A stretch of 64,000 bases of DNA from Botryllus schlosseri (taxonomy: Eukaryota). Position numbers and translations under genes: made by a program. The stretch spans positions 37,388,001 to 37,452,000 of the forward strand of contig CM119372.1 of assembly GCA_051294905.1 (NCBI GenBank), written 5' to 3'. A model generated the notes under the pieces. It searched no databases. It was not told where the DNA came from and saw nothing but the letters and a program-made list of their open reading frames with translations. Positions 13,730-26,009 of this stretch are shown here, piece after piece. The number at the start of each line of letters is the position of its first letter. Within the stretch, counting starts at the first letter, position 1.

Positions 13730-14853
13730 GAGGGTTACCATATTTCAGCAACCCAAATTCCGGACACTCTTCAGCGCCCACCGGTTGATTTTTAAATGAG
13801 TTTTGACGTCACACCAGCAAAGCTTTGCTCATAGACCAGAGGTGGTCACGATCCGGTTCAGGAGTTTGTGGCTGTGTGTTGTGTAACCGGGACAGACAGC
13901 ACATGTTTTCAGCCCCCTCCCGCTCAATAAAACAATGATTTCGAGCCCACACTATAGAAAATCGATGCAACTTCTTGCTTGCTATATGAATCTGGTTTCT
14001 ATATGCATCTGGTCGTTAAATTATTTGAATGAATTCTGTAAATATTATTGGTCGTTCCATATATTACTATATAGATGCTACTCTCCGCCCACATGATCAG
14101 AGTTAGCGGTAAAGCTGGTGAAGGATGATGATTTCGAAAATACAGGGAGTGTAATTGCACATCGTTAAGTCATGTTCATGTCCTACCGATAAATTTGTTT
14201 CTTAGCCTTATGGCGGTGCGCACGACGGAGCTTTATAAACACCCCACATCCAGTGGTTTCCAACCGTTTATGGTCGCGACTCCATCTCTAACTTGAAAAC
14301 ATTCCGTTGCCCAGATCAAAATTTGATGAGGTAATAACTAAAAAGAAGTCAGCACCTTTGCCCAGACTTACTCAAGGGCTATTTTGAAATCTGATTACGT
14401 TAAATATATTATCAATATATTCGCAAACCCCAGAATAAAGGCAAGCGACCCCCCCCCCGTTTGGAACCACTATCTTTGAATAAAGCAAACGGGATTTAGG
14501 ATCTCTAGGAATATACCGTTCTCCTGTAATTGCGATTACAATTAGGTTTATTCCAGTAAATGAAGGTGATTTTATGTATATTTTATTGCAGTTTTTGCGT
14601 GAGTGGTGGTCTCCATATTAAAATCAATATATATGATCGTAAATCGCGCGCAGCGCGAAGAATAATATCATGCATCAGCATAAATATTCCCAAAAAATAT
14701 TGTTTTTATGCTGATTTACGAAAAAATTATGAGCCTACTTCAGGTCTTCAAAATTCCGGACATTTGGCATATTTTAGAAATTCCTCCCGGACGCTAGTTT
14801 GAACAGTGAAATTCCGGACATGTCCGGGAAATTCCGGACGTATGGCAACCCTA
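13730..14853. mobile_element. Blackjack-type hAT MITE
   Basis: AGGGTTACCATA / TATGGCAACCCTA with CCGGAC motifs; perfect TSD GTTTATGA; contains a small MITE at ~14251-14473. Confidence 0.85.
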
Positions 14854-16073
14854 GTTTATGACCAATGTCTAATAGTAGTGAGAGTGTGGTGTGCTTGGTG
14901 GTACAGTGTGTAATGAGAAAATTAGTACGATGTATCTCTGTAATACTTGCTGACTCATACATAAGAGCAATACTTCGATTGTTTTATTTATATTTTAATT
15001 ATACAGGATGGGCTATATGTCGTGTTCGAATGATACATTCATATTAGGTTCTAAGAGAGCCCATGTTATAAAAACTGATAAAATGTGAAAAAGGAAGGAT
15101 ATTTAGAAAGGCAATCTTTTATGCATAATTCTTGCATGAATAATTCGAGCTGTGCCACAATGAAACAATTTTGCATGCCATCGTTAGTCATATGTTTGCA
15201 TATGTTTAATGGTTATATGATAGTCTTTTAACCGTCCCGTGGCATATAATTTTCAAAGTAAATTGGTAATACTATTGGAGTCTGGATTGAAGTCGGAGTC
15301 GGTAGGTATAAAGACTCAGGAGTCAGAGTCGGAGTCGATACATTTAAACACTCAGGAGTCGGAGTTGGAGTTGGAGTCGGTAGTGAAATTTACCGACTCC
15401 ACAGCCCTGGTTATTGCCTTGTTATATGTTCATTGCCTAATAATCTGTCCTTTTCCATTTGCTTTCGATCCGAGATGCAACTTTCCTTCGCACACCTACT
15501 TCAAACTAGTAGCATTAGTTGCGTTAACCTTCCAATAATAAAAAGTCCGAATACTGTGTTTTTGTTCATTCTAGTAATAATATTTGTGATGATGTAGTGC
15601 AGAAAAGTATCTCGGTTCAATTGTACAATTGATATTCTGCGGCAACGTTCTTCGATACGGACTTTTCGGATTCGGAACGACATTTTCGGATATGGTCGGA
15701 TAGTTGGATGAGATTCTTCGGAATCAGACGGATAGTTTCACAGACACGCAACCTGTCGGACAGACTCCTATTCTCAAAAATCAACATCCTCTCATCACTG
15801 ATCGACATGCAATACTTTTTAAAATTATCGTCTCATCGGCACCACATATTCACCCCTACTACATGAAGTAGATGAACATATCAGTGATTGGACTTGCGAT
15901 GTTTAATAAATATATTTCATATAGGTAAGGGTATTTTTGTTGATTTCAGTGGTGGATATTCACAAGGAAACCCTAATGTATATTTTCTATATTAACGTGT
16001 ATAAAATTGGCTGAATCTGTAAGTCTTTGCGAGCAACATCACATTTTGAAAAGACAATTGAGTTCTCCATCAG

Positions 16074-16240
16074 GTACTAGCAGCTGAAAATCCCAACGCA
16101 CGAGTGATGAACTACGGCCCGGGACCGTTGCTCGGCACGAGCATGGCCGAGACGTTTCTAGTTCTACACAACTGTTTCGCGCAGACGCGTTTGCTAACGG
16201 AGACAATTTTGATTATTTCGACATTCGTAGTGATTCATGA
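16074..16240 (+). pseudogene. SPR: orphan sepiapterin reductase exon 3 (SPR-B-like) with frameshifting deletion
   Basis: cag|VLAAENPNARVMNYGPGPLLGTSMAETF, then shifted-frame QLFRADAFANGDNFDYFDIRSDS*; 167 bp vs 255 bp in intact copies; flanks ~15800-16460 match ~33650-35000. Confidence 0.88.
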
Positions 16241-18494
16241 ATGCATATTTTTCGTGCGCAAATATAATGAGTATAACAGCCACAGGCGTGAATTGGGTAG
16301 GTTTGAAGGTGTTTGTTGGGTTTGTCGCATTTGAAAAATAAAACAGCCACAACGTTTTAGTTCTCATTTCGTAAGTGCAACAACGTATAATTTCTGTTGG
16401 TCTATTTACTATCACTTGAAGAATGACTTTCCGGTATTTTGCATGTTTATTAGGTTGTATAAATTATCCAAATCAATGTGCAGCGGTTGTTTAGGACAGG
16501 TCTCTTCAACCGAGTGTACCGTGCACCCTAGGGCAGTACTTTTCAACCTGTGGGATATGGTACGCACTCGTGCGAATGTAGAAAATTGTAGTGCGAATGA
16601 CAAAGGTATCGCTAATGAGAATCCGGATGAGTGCAGATGAAAATTGTGAATAATTGTCAATTTTTTTGAAGTACAAAGAAACGTTATATGGAATTCAAGG
16701 GCAGTGTCTCCCTAACTTTTGTAGTTACAACTTGTTTGACTTACGACGCACCACTAACCGTAGCTTTGGCAATAACTTTGTCTCTCACAAGCCGTAGTAA
16801 ATTAGTATTTCCGCACTATAATTATTACGTAACCAAAAGTGGCAGACAAACAGTGTATCAGCACGTCTGAGCCGGCGACAGCCTGGAAAAATGACGTAAA
16901 ATTGACTCCCTGCTTTCTTCCGCTGAACGTGAACAATCATCTTTTGCTCGCAATAACTGTTCGATTAGCGCGAGGAACGAAGATAGTAGTAAATACCATC
17001 ATTAAGACTCACATTTGCAAATTAATTTAACGCAAATTTTTTTCCACTTCAAAGGTTATTAAAGTATGTGTTGCAACTGGTTTCTGGGTTAACACGGTGC
17101 CGGAGCTATCTAATTATATGTATGTAATATTTGTTCTATCTATTACGAAAAATCCTGCGATAGTTTTTACATATCCAAGGTCACTGCTGTGTTGGGTACT
17201 ATAGCCAACAAGCGAGACACGCGAAAAATATGGCTGAGTCATGAGAATCTGTCGACCTTTGGTTTGAATTCATGATAAGATTAGTCCGACTGTTTTTTCT
17301 TGAAAACATGGTCGAAGACCGTCGGGATGAACTAGTGTAGGGTGGGGTTATGACATGAAGAAAGTTGGCCTCTAGCAGGAATTAATGAACATTTTGGTAT
17401 AAAGTTATAAAATGATAATCATTTTGTTCAAATCGTAAAATATTGTACCGCACAAACTAACTTCACTACACTATGGCTTTGTCATGTAAAAGTGCCGACC
17501 TTTAGATCACGCGTATAAGGGGTTTGCATTCACACCGTCGGATACTGTTGGGATGCTTTAGTGTTTGGGTGTGCAACGAGCGGGTGCGGGAATATGATAC
17601 GCAGATATTTCAAGGCCAACCGCCTGCTGCGCTGGGACACATGAAGACCTTCCGTTTTGGCCAACATACGGCTGCGCAAAGTCAAAAATATCGGCGGCGT
17701 TAAAAGCTTAGCCAAAATAGACCGTCACTGGCTGGCCAAAATTTTCGATGTTGATATGTTTGGTCGTCGAAATGGCACCGAACAGTTCTATCCTTACAAT
17801 CTGATTAGACAATAGTACACATGCAGTGCAAATGCGACCCCAAGGGAATATAAGGCACCAAATTTGAAATGGGGAGCATCAGACATTTTCATAGAGATGC
17901 ATTGCGTACAATTGTTGTCGGCGCGTTCTCTATGTCATTAAAACGTAACATATACATTATACATATTAAAAACGAATTCATTTTGATGTGCGAGGCTTGG
18001 GTCGCGAAATACCACTAAAACTCAGATTTGGGTTGCGGTCTAAAAAGTTTGAGAATCACTGCTTTATGCGAAGTGAAAATACAACATACTGCCGTTGTTC
18101 CGTAGTCTAGTTTCAAATCTTTGCTTAAATCCGGGTCATTTCATCTGATGACGAAGTACTTAATCCCGTCCCGAAAGACATTTACAATATACGAGCGTTA
18201 CATAAAATCTAATACGCGAGGATTAGTTACACTTGACTTGTTCAGTCACGGAACACGATAAAATGATTTGCTAGTTTCGTGAACAGGAAGGTTACACTGC
18301 ACAATGTTTTGCGTACGTTTCCCATCTGAAAGGCTGCCGGCATGCGGATGTAAGAACGCAATATTGACAATTTCCTATGAACCGCATCCTCAAAGCGAGC
18401 ATATGATATCGTACGTTCATCTCACAAGCGCTTGTTTACTTTGCGCTATGCCTAATAGCAACACGATCGTTCTGTTCGTGCATTAGTAGGCTGG

Positions 18495-18746
18495 ATGGCG
18501 AATGCAAAGTTTATATTCCAATATCCTACACTTGCGGTCATTACTGGCGCTAGCCAAGGTTTAGGAAGGGGAATCGCGACTGAACTAGCTGCCGAACTTG
18601 CGGAAGGGTCGTTAATAGTAGCGTCTGCTCGGTGTAAAGATGGTTTGGATGAAACTGCACGGATTGCGAAGTTGGAACGAAGAAATAGGAAGGGGGTAGG
18701 TGAGGTCGAGATACGAACCGTTACATCAGATCTGTCTAGATCCGAG
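18495..18746 (+). CDS. SPR: sepiapterin reductase paralogue A, exon 1 of 3
   Basis: Rossmann motif TGASQGLG; 252 bp ending AG|GCAAGT at the same position as the GT donor of paralogue B. Confidence 0.9.
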
Positions 18747-18813
18747 GCAAGTGATACGCAATGTATTTGAGGGTGGTGAACACGTTGTGATCAACTCGAA
18801 TTTCAATCTTCAG

Positions 18814-19140
18814 GACATTCGTAATACGATGAAATCATGCTTGAAGGACTGCATACCTTCTACATTCTCATCGGCGATCTTAATACTTAATTTCGGTACC
18901 CTGGGAGATGTCTCGAAAGAAATGTGCGACTTCCGCGACCCGGACTATGTTGCTGACTATTTTCGCGTAAACTTAGCGCATATCCCTATCTTAACGGGGG
19001 AGTTCATAGATTGGTCAAAAGCGGGGGAAACGAAGTTGAATACATTTGTCGTCAACATTTCGTCGCTGGCCGCTGTCCAACCTCTGACGTGCATGAGTCT
19101 ATATTCGTCAGGTAAAGCAGCCCGTGATATGATGCTCAAG
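18814..19140 (+). CDS. SPR: sepiapterin reductase paralogue A, exon 2 of 3
   Basis: cttcag| acceptor, AG|GTACGC donor, 327 bp; GTLGDVSK, VVNISSL, catalytic YSSGKAARDM. Confidence 0.93.
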
Positions 19141-19867
19141 GTACGCGATACATAACGCTATTTTTATTGTGTAAATGCAATGCTTGTAGACGGGTAGATA
19201 CACGGCATGTAATAGACTATTTGCTGACAAACTGTCTAGCTGAGATGGCCTCACAGAGCATTGCTCGCCAGTTGATTACGAATTTTATGAGCATGAATAT
19301 TAGTTAAACTGCTATTACCGAAAGAATCTTTCTTTAAAGTAATTAAAATTTGTTCCATACCTTCATAGCTCTTTCATATATGGAATGCTATTCAATCGCA
19401 TTGCGTTCCAGAAAGTTTGATATCATGGTGGTACACTTTTAGCTAAGAGAGAGTGTATTTCCTCCCGTCTACCACCGCTGATATACGGGTGTGAATATAC
19501 ACTCATGGTACAAGAAACCAGAACATATACCGCAGACTTAAACCGCAGTATAAATCGAGCACAACATTTTATTCCAAACTATGCATGCACGTATGACCGC
19601 GCTATAATTCTGAGTTAGGTTCTGTTTTTGTGTGTCACATTTTCCGGCCCTTTTGATGTAAATACACACTCTTTTCGGTAAGAGTGTTATAGGCTACATA
19701 GCCGGACTTCGGATCTCAAATCAACAGTCGACTGGTTAGCAAGAAATCGTGATGAGCAAGCATTACGAAGTACTCGACATTATGATTGCGATTCACCTAG
19801 GAATTGATAGCTTTATGCAGAGGGTTTCAATATACCCGCCATACGGCAATGGCAATGTCTTCTAATC

Positions 19868-22800
19868 CAGTGCTCTTCAACCTTTTTCGATGTGGTACAC
19901 CCTTTTAACGTTTGCTCAAAACTCGTACACCCCTGTTCATTAGGGGTCTTCAAATTTAACTTTTCTACTCAAATCGTACTGGCCACTTGATAGAATTGTT
20001 GAGTTAACTAACTTAAGCCTACACACCAAATTTGGTTCAATTCCAACCAGTAGCCGCATGGCTACGGAAGAAGAAAGTTTATATTTATAATATAAAAATA
20101 AATAACGGAAAATGTGAAATTTTTCTGTTCACCCCATGAAAGTATTGGGTTGTCTATAAAAATGATGTTCTTTAAATTTGGTTCAATTCCAACCAGTACA
20201 AGCGAAGTTATTGCTGTCAAAAAATTTGGATTTGATAAAATAGTATTTGGTCACAGAGTCTATTCGCAGCCAGTTAGGCCGCACGCCACGCAAATTGGAA
20301 TTTATTTCGTGTCAGCCCCAAAACAGCACGACATTACGATCGATAATCAACCTAAATGTAACAATATTGGGGAGAGAGTAGGTAAAGCTACTGCTGCAGA
20401 AGCGGTAATTCAGATCAGCGATGATAGCAGGCGCACCAGCCTAATGCGTATCAGGCCTGCCCCAAACCAGACACAGTCGATAGAAGCACATGGGCTGCAA
20501 GAGATGTCAGTAACCTCAGATCGTATGCCGCTATACACAGTCTATGTCGCTAATTTGCATCACTAATAGCAAAATACTAAATTGCAAATGTATGTCGAAA
20601 TTTTGGACATAAAATCGGCATTTTAAAACAAAAGGGTTTCGATTTCACATGGAAGCTGTTTCGACCCTGCCTGACTACGTCACTTCATTTATGTGCATTC
20701 CGGTATTTATTAACGTCAAGTAGGAAGTACCGATTCAAGAAGTCTGAGCTATCGCGGCGGTTTCCTCAAAAATCACTAATAGACAAATGACTAGCTGAAC
20801 ACATGTTTGTTAACTGCATACTTTCCAACACCAAACGGAACCATTGGTCTATTGCCGACGGCTAAATGAATAGGAGAAACATTGGCTTATGACATCACAA
20901 TCAAGCGGTGTACAGCATTACACTTGAGACAGCATCGTACCATATTGCTCATTAACCTGTGCGTCAACCTGTACTGACCCATAAACCTGCCTTTGTGATA
21001 GCTAGCCATCGGCTCATTGTAATTCGGATCTGGTACACCCCTGTTAGGGTTGTTCAGAATTGACCGACTTTCAAAAAGTCGTGGTTTTCAGTCCGTTTCC
21101 CATGTCTTATACCTTAAAAACAAATTCTGGCTACTTTTTTTTGTAATTCATCCCCTACATCCGTGTGCATTTTGCCGTTTTTTCATGCACCCAAAAAATT
21201 CTTCGGAATTTGGGGATTCCCCCGTTGTGAGTGACTCGACAGCAATCGCAAGTGTTCTCATTGACGTGAAGCAGATGTTCTAGCGTTGATGACGCGCTGG
21301 GCACGGCAGTGAAATGGGGATCATTGATTAGTCAGGTGTTTTGCTGCTTTGTTGTTAAAGAACTGTGTTTACGATTGAGGTGCAGGACTTACCAGGTAGC
21401 TTTTTGGCTCATGCAGTTAGCGAGTCTAGCGCAGGATTAGTGATTATAGTATTGTAGCAGTATTGAATTATTCGATCTAATGAACCTGATACTCTTTCTT
21501 GTCTACTGGGATAGAAAACAAAGCTTGTAAATGTCTTTTCCAGTGACTGTGGAAAACACCAGCCAATCGTTTGCTCTGAATTTTATGTTATTTCCTAAGA
21601 TAGCAATATACTGGTAGGAGTATTTCTAATTTAGGAATCATTATCTTCCAGAATCAATAACTGGATCTAATCCGCTCAAGTTGTGCAGTATGTGTTTGAC
21701 CTAAGAGAACTGAAATGTTTCCAACTATTCTTTGTTGCTTGACTGAGTTGATGTAGGCCTATATTTATTTTTCTAGGATTAGCTATAGTGCGAAATGTCT
21801 AAAAAAAAGAAAATTGCCATCTAGTGATATAGTATCAAAGAAAACTAGAAGATCACGGTCGCAGACACAGCATTTCCTAGCTGGGCCATCTGAGGAAACA
21901 TTACGGGATCGAAGCTGCTTACTCTTAGGAAAGTTAAGCAGAATGTGTTACACCTAAGAGAGCATTCATATGCGAAAAATGAACCAGAAAAGTTACACAT
22001 CCAGGACATAGGAGATGAAGTACGGAAATAGGTTTTTGGTTCCTGGCTGCCACAAAGACCATCACACAAGTCAATGCCATTGAAAGATTAGAGACAGTGT
22101 GAAAATAGAAAACAAATGGCTGTCACTAAAGGAAACTGCAGGCCAGCAATATGTATCAAGAAAACAAAGCGACTTTGAAGCCATTTTAAATTTGTGACTC
22201 TAAAAGCGCCTGTAAACCAGTTCGTTCAAAGACATATGCCAGGTTTCTGATCGCTTGAAAGTCAGCGATAATGCTGCTACCATGATAACTGCAGCACTGA
22301 TTAAAGCTTGCCATGGTGACCTTAATGACTTTCATATTTCAAGACCTGGAACCTATCGACGACGCATTGCAAATCGTTTTAAAATTTCCGAGTCTATTGT
22401 TGAAAAAATAGCAAACGATCCACCAAAGCACATCACATTGCACTGGAATGGAAAGCTCACTAGGAGTCGTTTAGGAGAGCAATTTGAGGCCTTGGCAGTG
22501 CTGGCATCGTCTGCGTGTTCCAACGCATTTGAGAAGGGCAAACTTCTTGGCATTCGAACTCTTAATAGTGCTACAGGAAATTACGGGCTGATTCGTCATT
22601 TGAACTGCTGGAACTTTATAATTTAACAAAAAATGTCAGAGCTCTTGTGTTTGACACAACATCCTCAAACAATGGAAAAAATAAAGGTGCCGTTCTGTTA
22701 CTTGAAGAATTGATGATCATATTCATGAACTAGTCATCCGGGAGATGTGGAAGTGAAGTGTGTATTTGGATCGGCGACCACAGACCCTGAAAACACAGAT

Positions 22801-24387
22801 TTTATTACCTTCCAAGAAGTATAAACATAATGATCAATTAAGAAGCTCTAAAACACTTCAGTTTGTTGAAGGCAGCCGGTTGGCGATGAAAGCTGATGAA
22901 GCAAAGCAAGAAATAATTCCACTGATTAAGCCATATAAGCAAGAAATAATTCCACTGATTAAGCCATATAATGGAAAGCAGAAAGAATTCTTGATAAGAG
23001 ATGACTACAGAGACTGTGCAACAGGCGCCTTGATGATTTTAGATGACCAATATGTTGATAATCGTTTTTGCAAGCCTGGTGCTACTAATAGCACTGGATG
23101 GACGAGTCAAATGCTATACTGTCAAAAAATGTTTATTATGAGTGAGCAAATGGGCTATTCTGAAGAGTTCATTAGAAACTCGGTACGAATCACAAATTCC
23201 TTCATGACATGACAAACTTTACATCATGTGATTTCACAGTTGCTGATGTGGCATATAAAAAGATGTGAAAACATCATTGGCATCTCACCGACGAAACGGT
23301 GGTATCTACAATGTTCTCGGCGAAACCAAAAATTCCTGACAAAGTGAAGGAAGCGATGGCTGCTAAATTGCTGCAAATGCCAATTCTTGAACAATTTCGC
23401 TGAGGTATACCTCTGTGTCTAATCTCTGACTCTGTCTCTGAGTCAATGAGTATGGTTGATTTAATTGGACCGGAATCATGGTTTCTATTCAATGCTATAC
23501 ATACCGAACATGATTAGTTGAGTCTTCCAGTTTCGGAATGGCATACTGATCCGCATTTCGTGACTGCTCAAGAATTTGTGAGTACCGTAGTGTTGAAGTA
23601 GTTAAAGACGCAGCAGAGCATTTGGTAAAATTGAATACCGACTTTGATGCTTTAAAAACAGATGACAAAGAACAGCGGGCGAGCCTCTTGCAAGCCGTGG
23701 AAGATCACGGGAACAGATATGCCGATTTCTCTGAAGCAACCATTTCATCCACCTGATTTGTAGTATTTGCCAAGTTGATCTATTTCTTTTCCTTATTGTT
23801 TCGTTTCCTTTGAACAATGTGATGTTTAAAATGTGGCTGTGAGTGAATGATACATTCACAGTTGTATTCTTGCACATGGTGATCCCGGAAATTGATGGAC
23901 AATCTCGGGTAGGGTTGAGGAGTGTAGGATATGTGATCCAACCAAATAAATGACTATCAGTCTTAGGCAGTTTTGAGGAGTTCTAAGGGAGTGGGGGACA
24001 TGAAAATGGTGTCCTGAACCGTCCATACTTTCTATAGTAAGGTTATGTAGCACTCCAAACCGCAATAGCTGCATAAACTCAGCTTATATATGACGTTCAC
24101 TAGCCTAGTCCGAATAACGACACTCAAATATTAGGGGAATCCCCTATTTTTAGATGATATTCTTCCAGTTCAAAATGCACACGGATGCAAGGGATGAATT
24201 ACGAAAAAAAGTAGTTAGAATATGTTTTTATGGTATAAGGCATGGGAATCGGACTGAAAACCACGACTTTTTGAAAGTCGGTCATTTCTGAACAACCCTA
24301 ACCCCTGTACACCCCATCCGAGTGGTACACCCTTTGCAAATCCTGGTACACCCTGGGGTGTACGACAGCCCCGGTTGAAGAGCACTG
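19868..24387. mobile_element. non-autonomous hAT carrying a nested hATm
   Basis: TIR CAGTGCTCTTCAACC; TSD TTCTAATC / TTCCAATC (7/8); GTACACCC subterminal motifs. Confidence 0.85.
21045..24300 (+). mobile_element. hATm-type DNA transposon with degraded transposase
   Basis: ~130-bp TIRs starting TAGGGTTGTTCAGAA; perfect TSD ACCCCTGT; fragments LHWNGKL (cf. HWDGK), VFDTTSSNNG, IRDDYR, KPGA, KDAAE; many stops and frameshifts. Confidence 0.88.
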
Positions 24388-24463
24388 TTCCAATCTACCC
24401 AGCCCTAAATATCAAAATTGTCCTTATTGTTGACTTTGGTCCGTACTTCGTGTTGTTTTAATC

Positions 24464-25953
24464 CAGTGGTTCTTAACCTTTTTTCGTCCAGCGCCCCCTT
24501 TCGAAAATTATCGTGCTCCAGCGCCCCCCAACTTCATAATGTAAGGAATGTAATAAAGACAATCAGTAAGATGGAGGGTCGTAACAGCACTTCGTCAACC
24601 TCCTAAAAACGACTGCCTTGCGCACCCATAGCGTGGTAAACCGAATTTCTGAGGGCTTCACCCCCAAGAACCCCATAGCGTGATTTCGATGGTCAGCAAA
24701 GTTTGTGTGGCCTGATCGCCCTAGGTACCAAAATTTTCTATAATGCATGAATGAATAGGTGGTAATTACATATATAAGTCGCGATAAACTGAGTGAGCTG
24801 TTGTATAGGAAGATAACGGGTACGTAATTGATAATTAAACATATTCGGGCGTGCCCGCAGGTACAATTATTCGTTACGAGGGCCGTAACAGCACTTCGTC
24901 AGCCTCCCCCCAAACAAAAAAACGTTGGTCCTGGGCCCCCATCGGGTGATAAACCAAGCTTCCGGGGGACTTCACTCCCAGAATCCTATTAGGCTGTCCT
25001 CTATTTGCTGAAAGCCTGTTAGGTATCTACATTGGGTGTCCATTTACTGCGGCAGCTATCCTCGCCTAGTCGCGCGAAGCGTGAAAAATTTAACTGATTA
25101 ATGATTGAATTGGTCAATATTACCGGGAATTGCATGTAAATTGAGATTAATTTTTATCCTCTCTCTGCTCACGTAAACACATTTACCGGTAGATCTGAGT
25201 GAGGTGCAATGTTCCCTCTAAGCTGCGCACGTGCGCAGTGCTGACACGGTCTCTGCGCACAGAAAATCTACGTTGCGCACAGCAAATCCGAAGTTATTAC
25301 CTTTTTTTTATCGATACGCACTTTTGTCCAGGGGTCAGCGCAGTGAGTTGTTGAGTGTGCGCAGACTCATCAAAACTTAAAGCGAACATTGTGAAGTTTC
25401 TTGGAAACTGTAGGGCCCGTTACTAATAATTAAACATATTCGGGCGGGCGAACCCGTTGGTATGACTTCAGTGCATGATGTTATTTCGTGCCCCCCTGTC
25501 TGCAATATCAAAAATACAGAATCGCTCAACGAGGATATCGCCCAACAGGAATATCCCTGTCGCCCAATCGTACTAAACTAAAAGACGCACACGATTTCAG
25601 ATTGGTATTTCTTCACTGACATATAATTTTTCCCTGCTAGATGGAATTCGTCTTCTGGGGTTCAGATTGCCAAGACAGGAACCTTCGGTGTCAGTCATTT
25701 AGGCGCCCATGGACAATTAAACCTATTTTGTAGGCTAAATGTAACGAAGTTTTCGGTGTTAATTTGCTCTGAATACTCATTAACGATATGTCTTATCACC
25801 ACATCATCTACTGCGAAGCCATTTTTCTCCAGCGCCCCCCATACCGCCCTCCTGAGGCCAGCGCCCCCCATATCGCCCCCTGAGCGTTTCCGCCCCCCTT
25901 CAAAATCGCCAGCGCCCCCTGGGGGGCGCTGGGGGCAAGGTTAAGAACCACTG
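24464..25953. mobile_element. non-autonomous hAT element
   Basis: TIR CAGTGGTTCTTAACCTT; perfect TSD TTTTAATC; nested small MITE 25207-25391 (CAATGTTCCCTCTAAG / CTTAAAGCGAACATTG); interior recurs at ~39790-40190 and ~53900-54290. Confidence 0.9.
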
Positions 25954-26009
25954 TTTTAATCGAAGGAGATGACAATTGTTCTAGTAATCATGTACCGTAT
26001 GCATCTCAC

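Larger units (their letters stand above)
10976..15409. mobile_element. hAT MITE with (GGAGTC)n subterminal arrays, host of a nest of insertions
   Basis: CAGGGCTATGGAGTCGG / CCGACTCCACAGCCCTG; TSD GTTATTAC / GTTATTGC (7/8). Confidence 0.8.

Noticed and set aside
20114..20566. 150-aa ORF
   Set aside because: GTG start, inside a non-autonomous hAT, no recognisable motif.
22903..22970. KQEIIPLIKPY tandem repeat
   Set aside because: 33-bp duplication in an already dead transposase.
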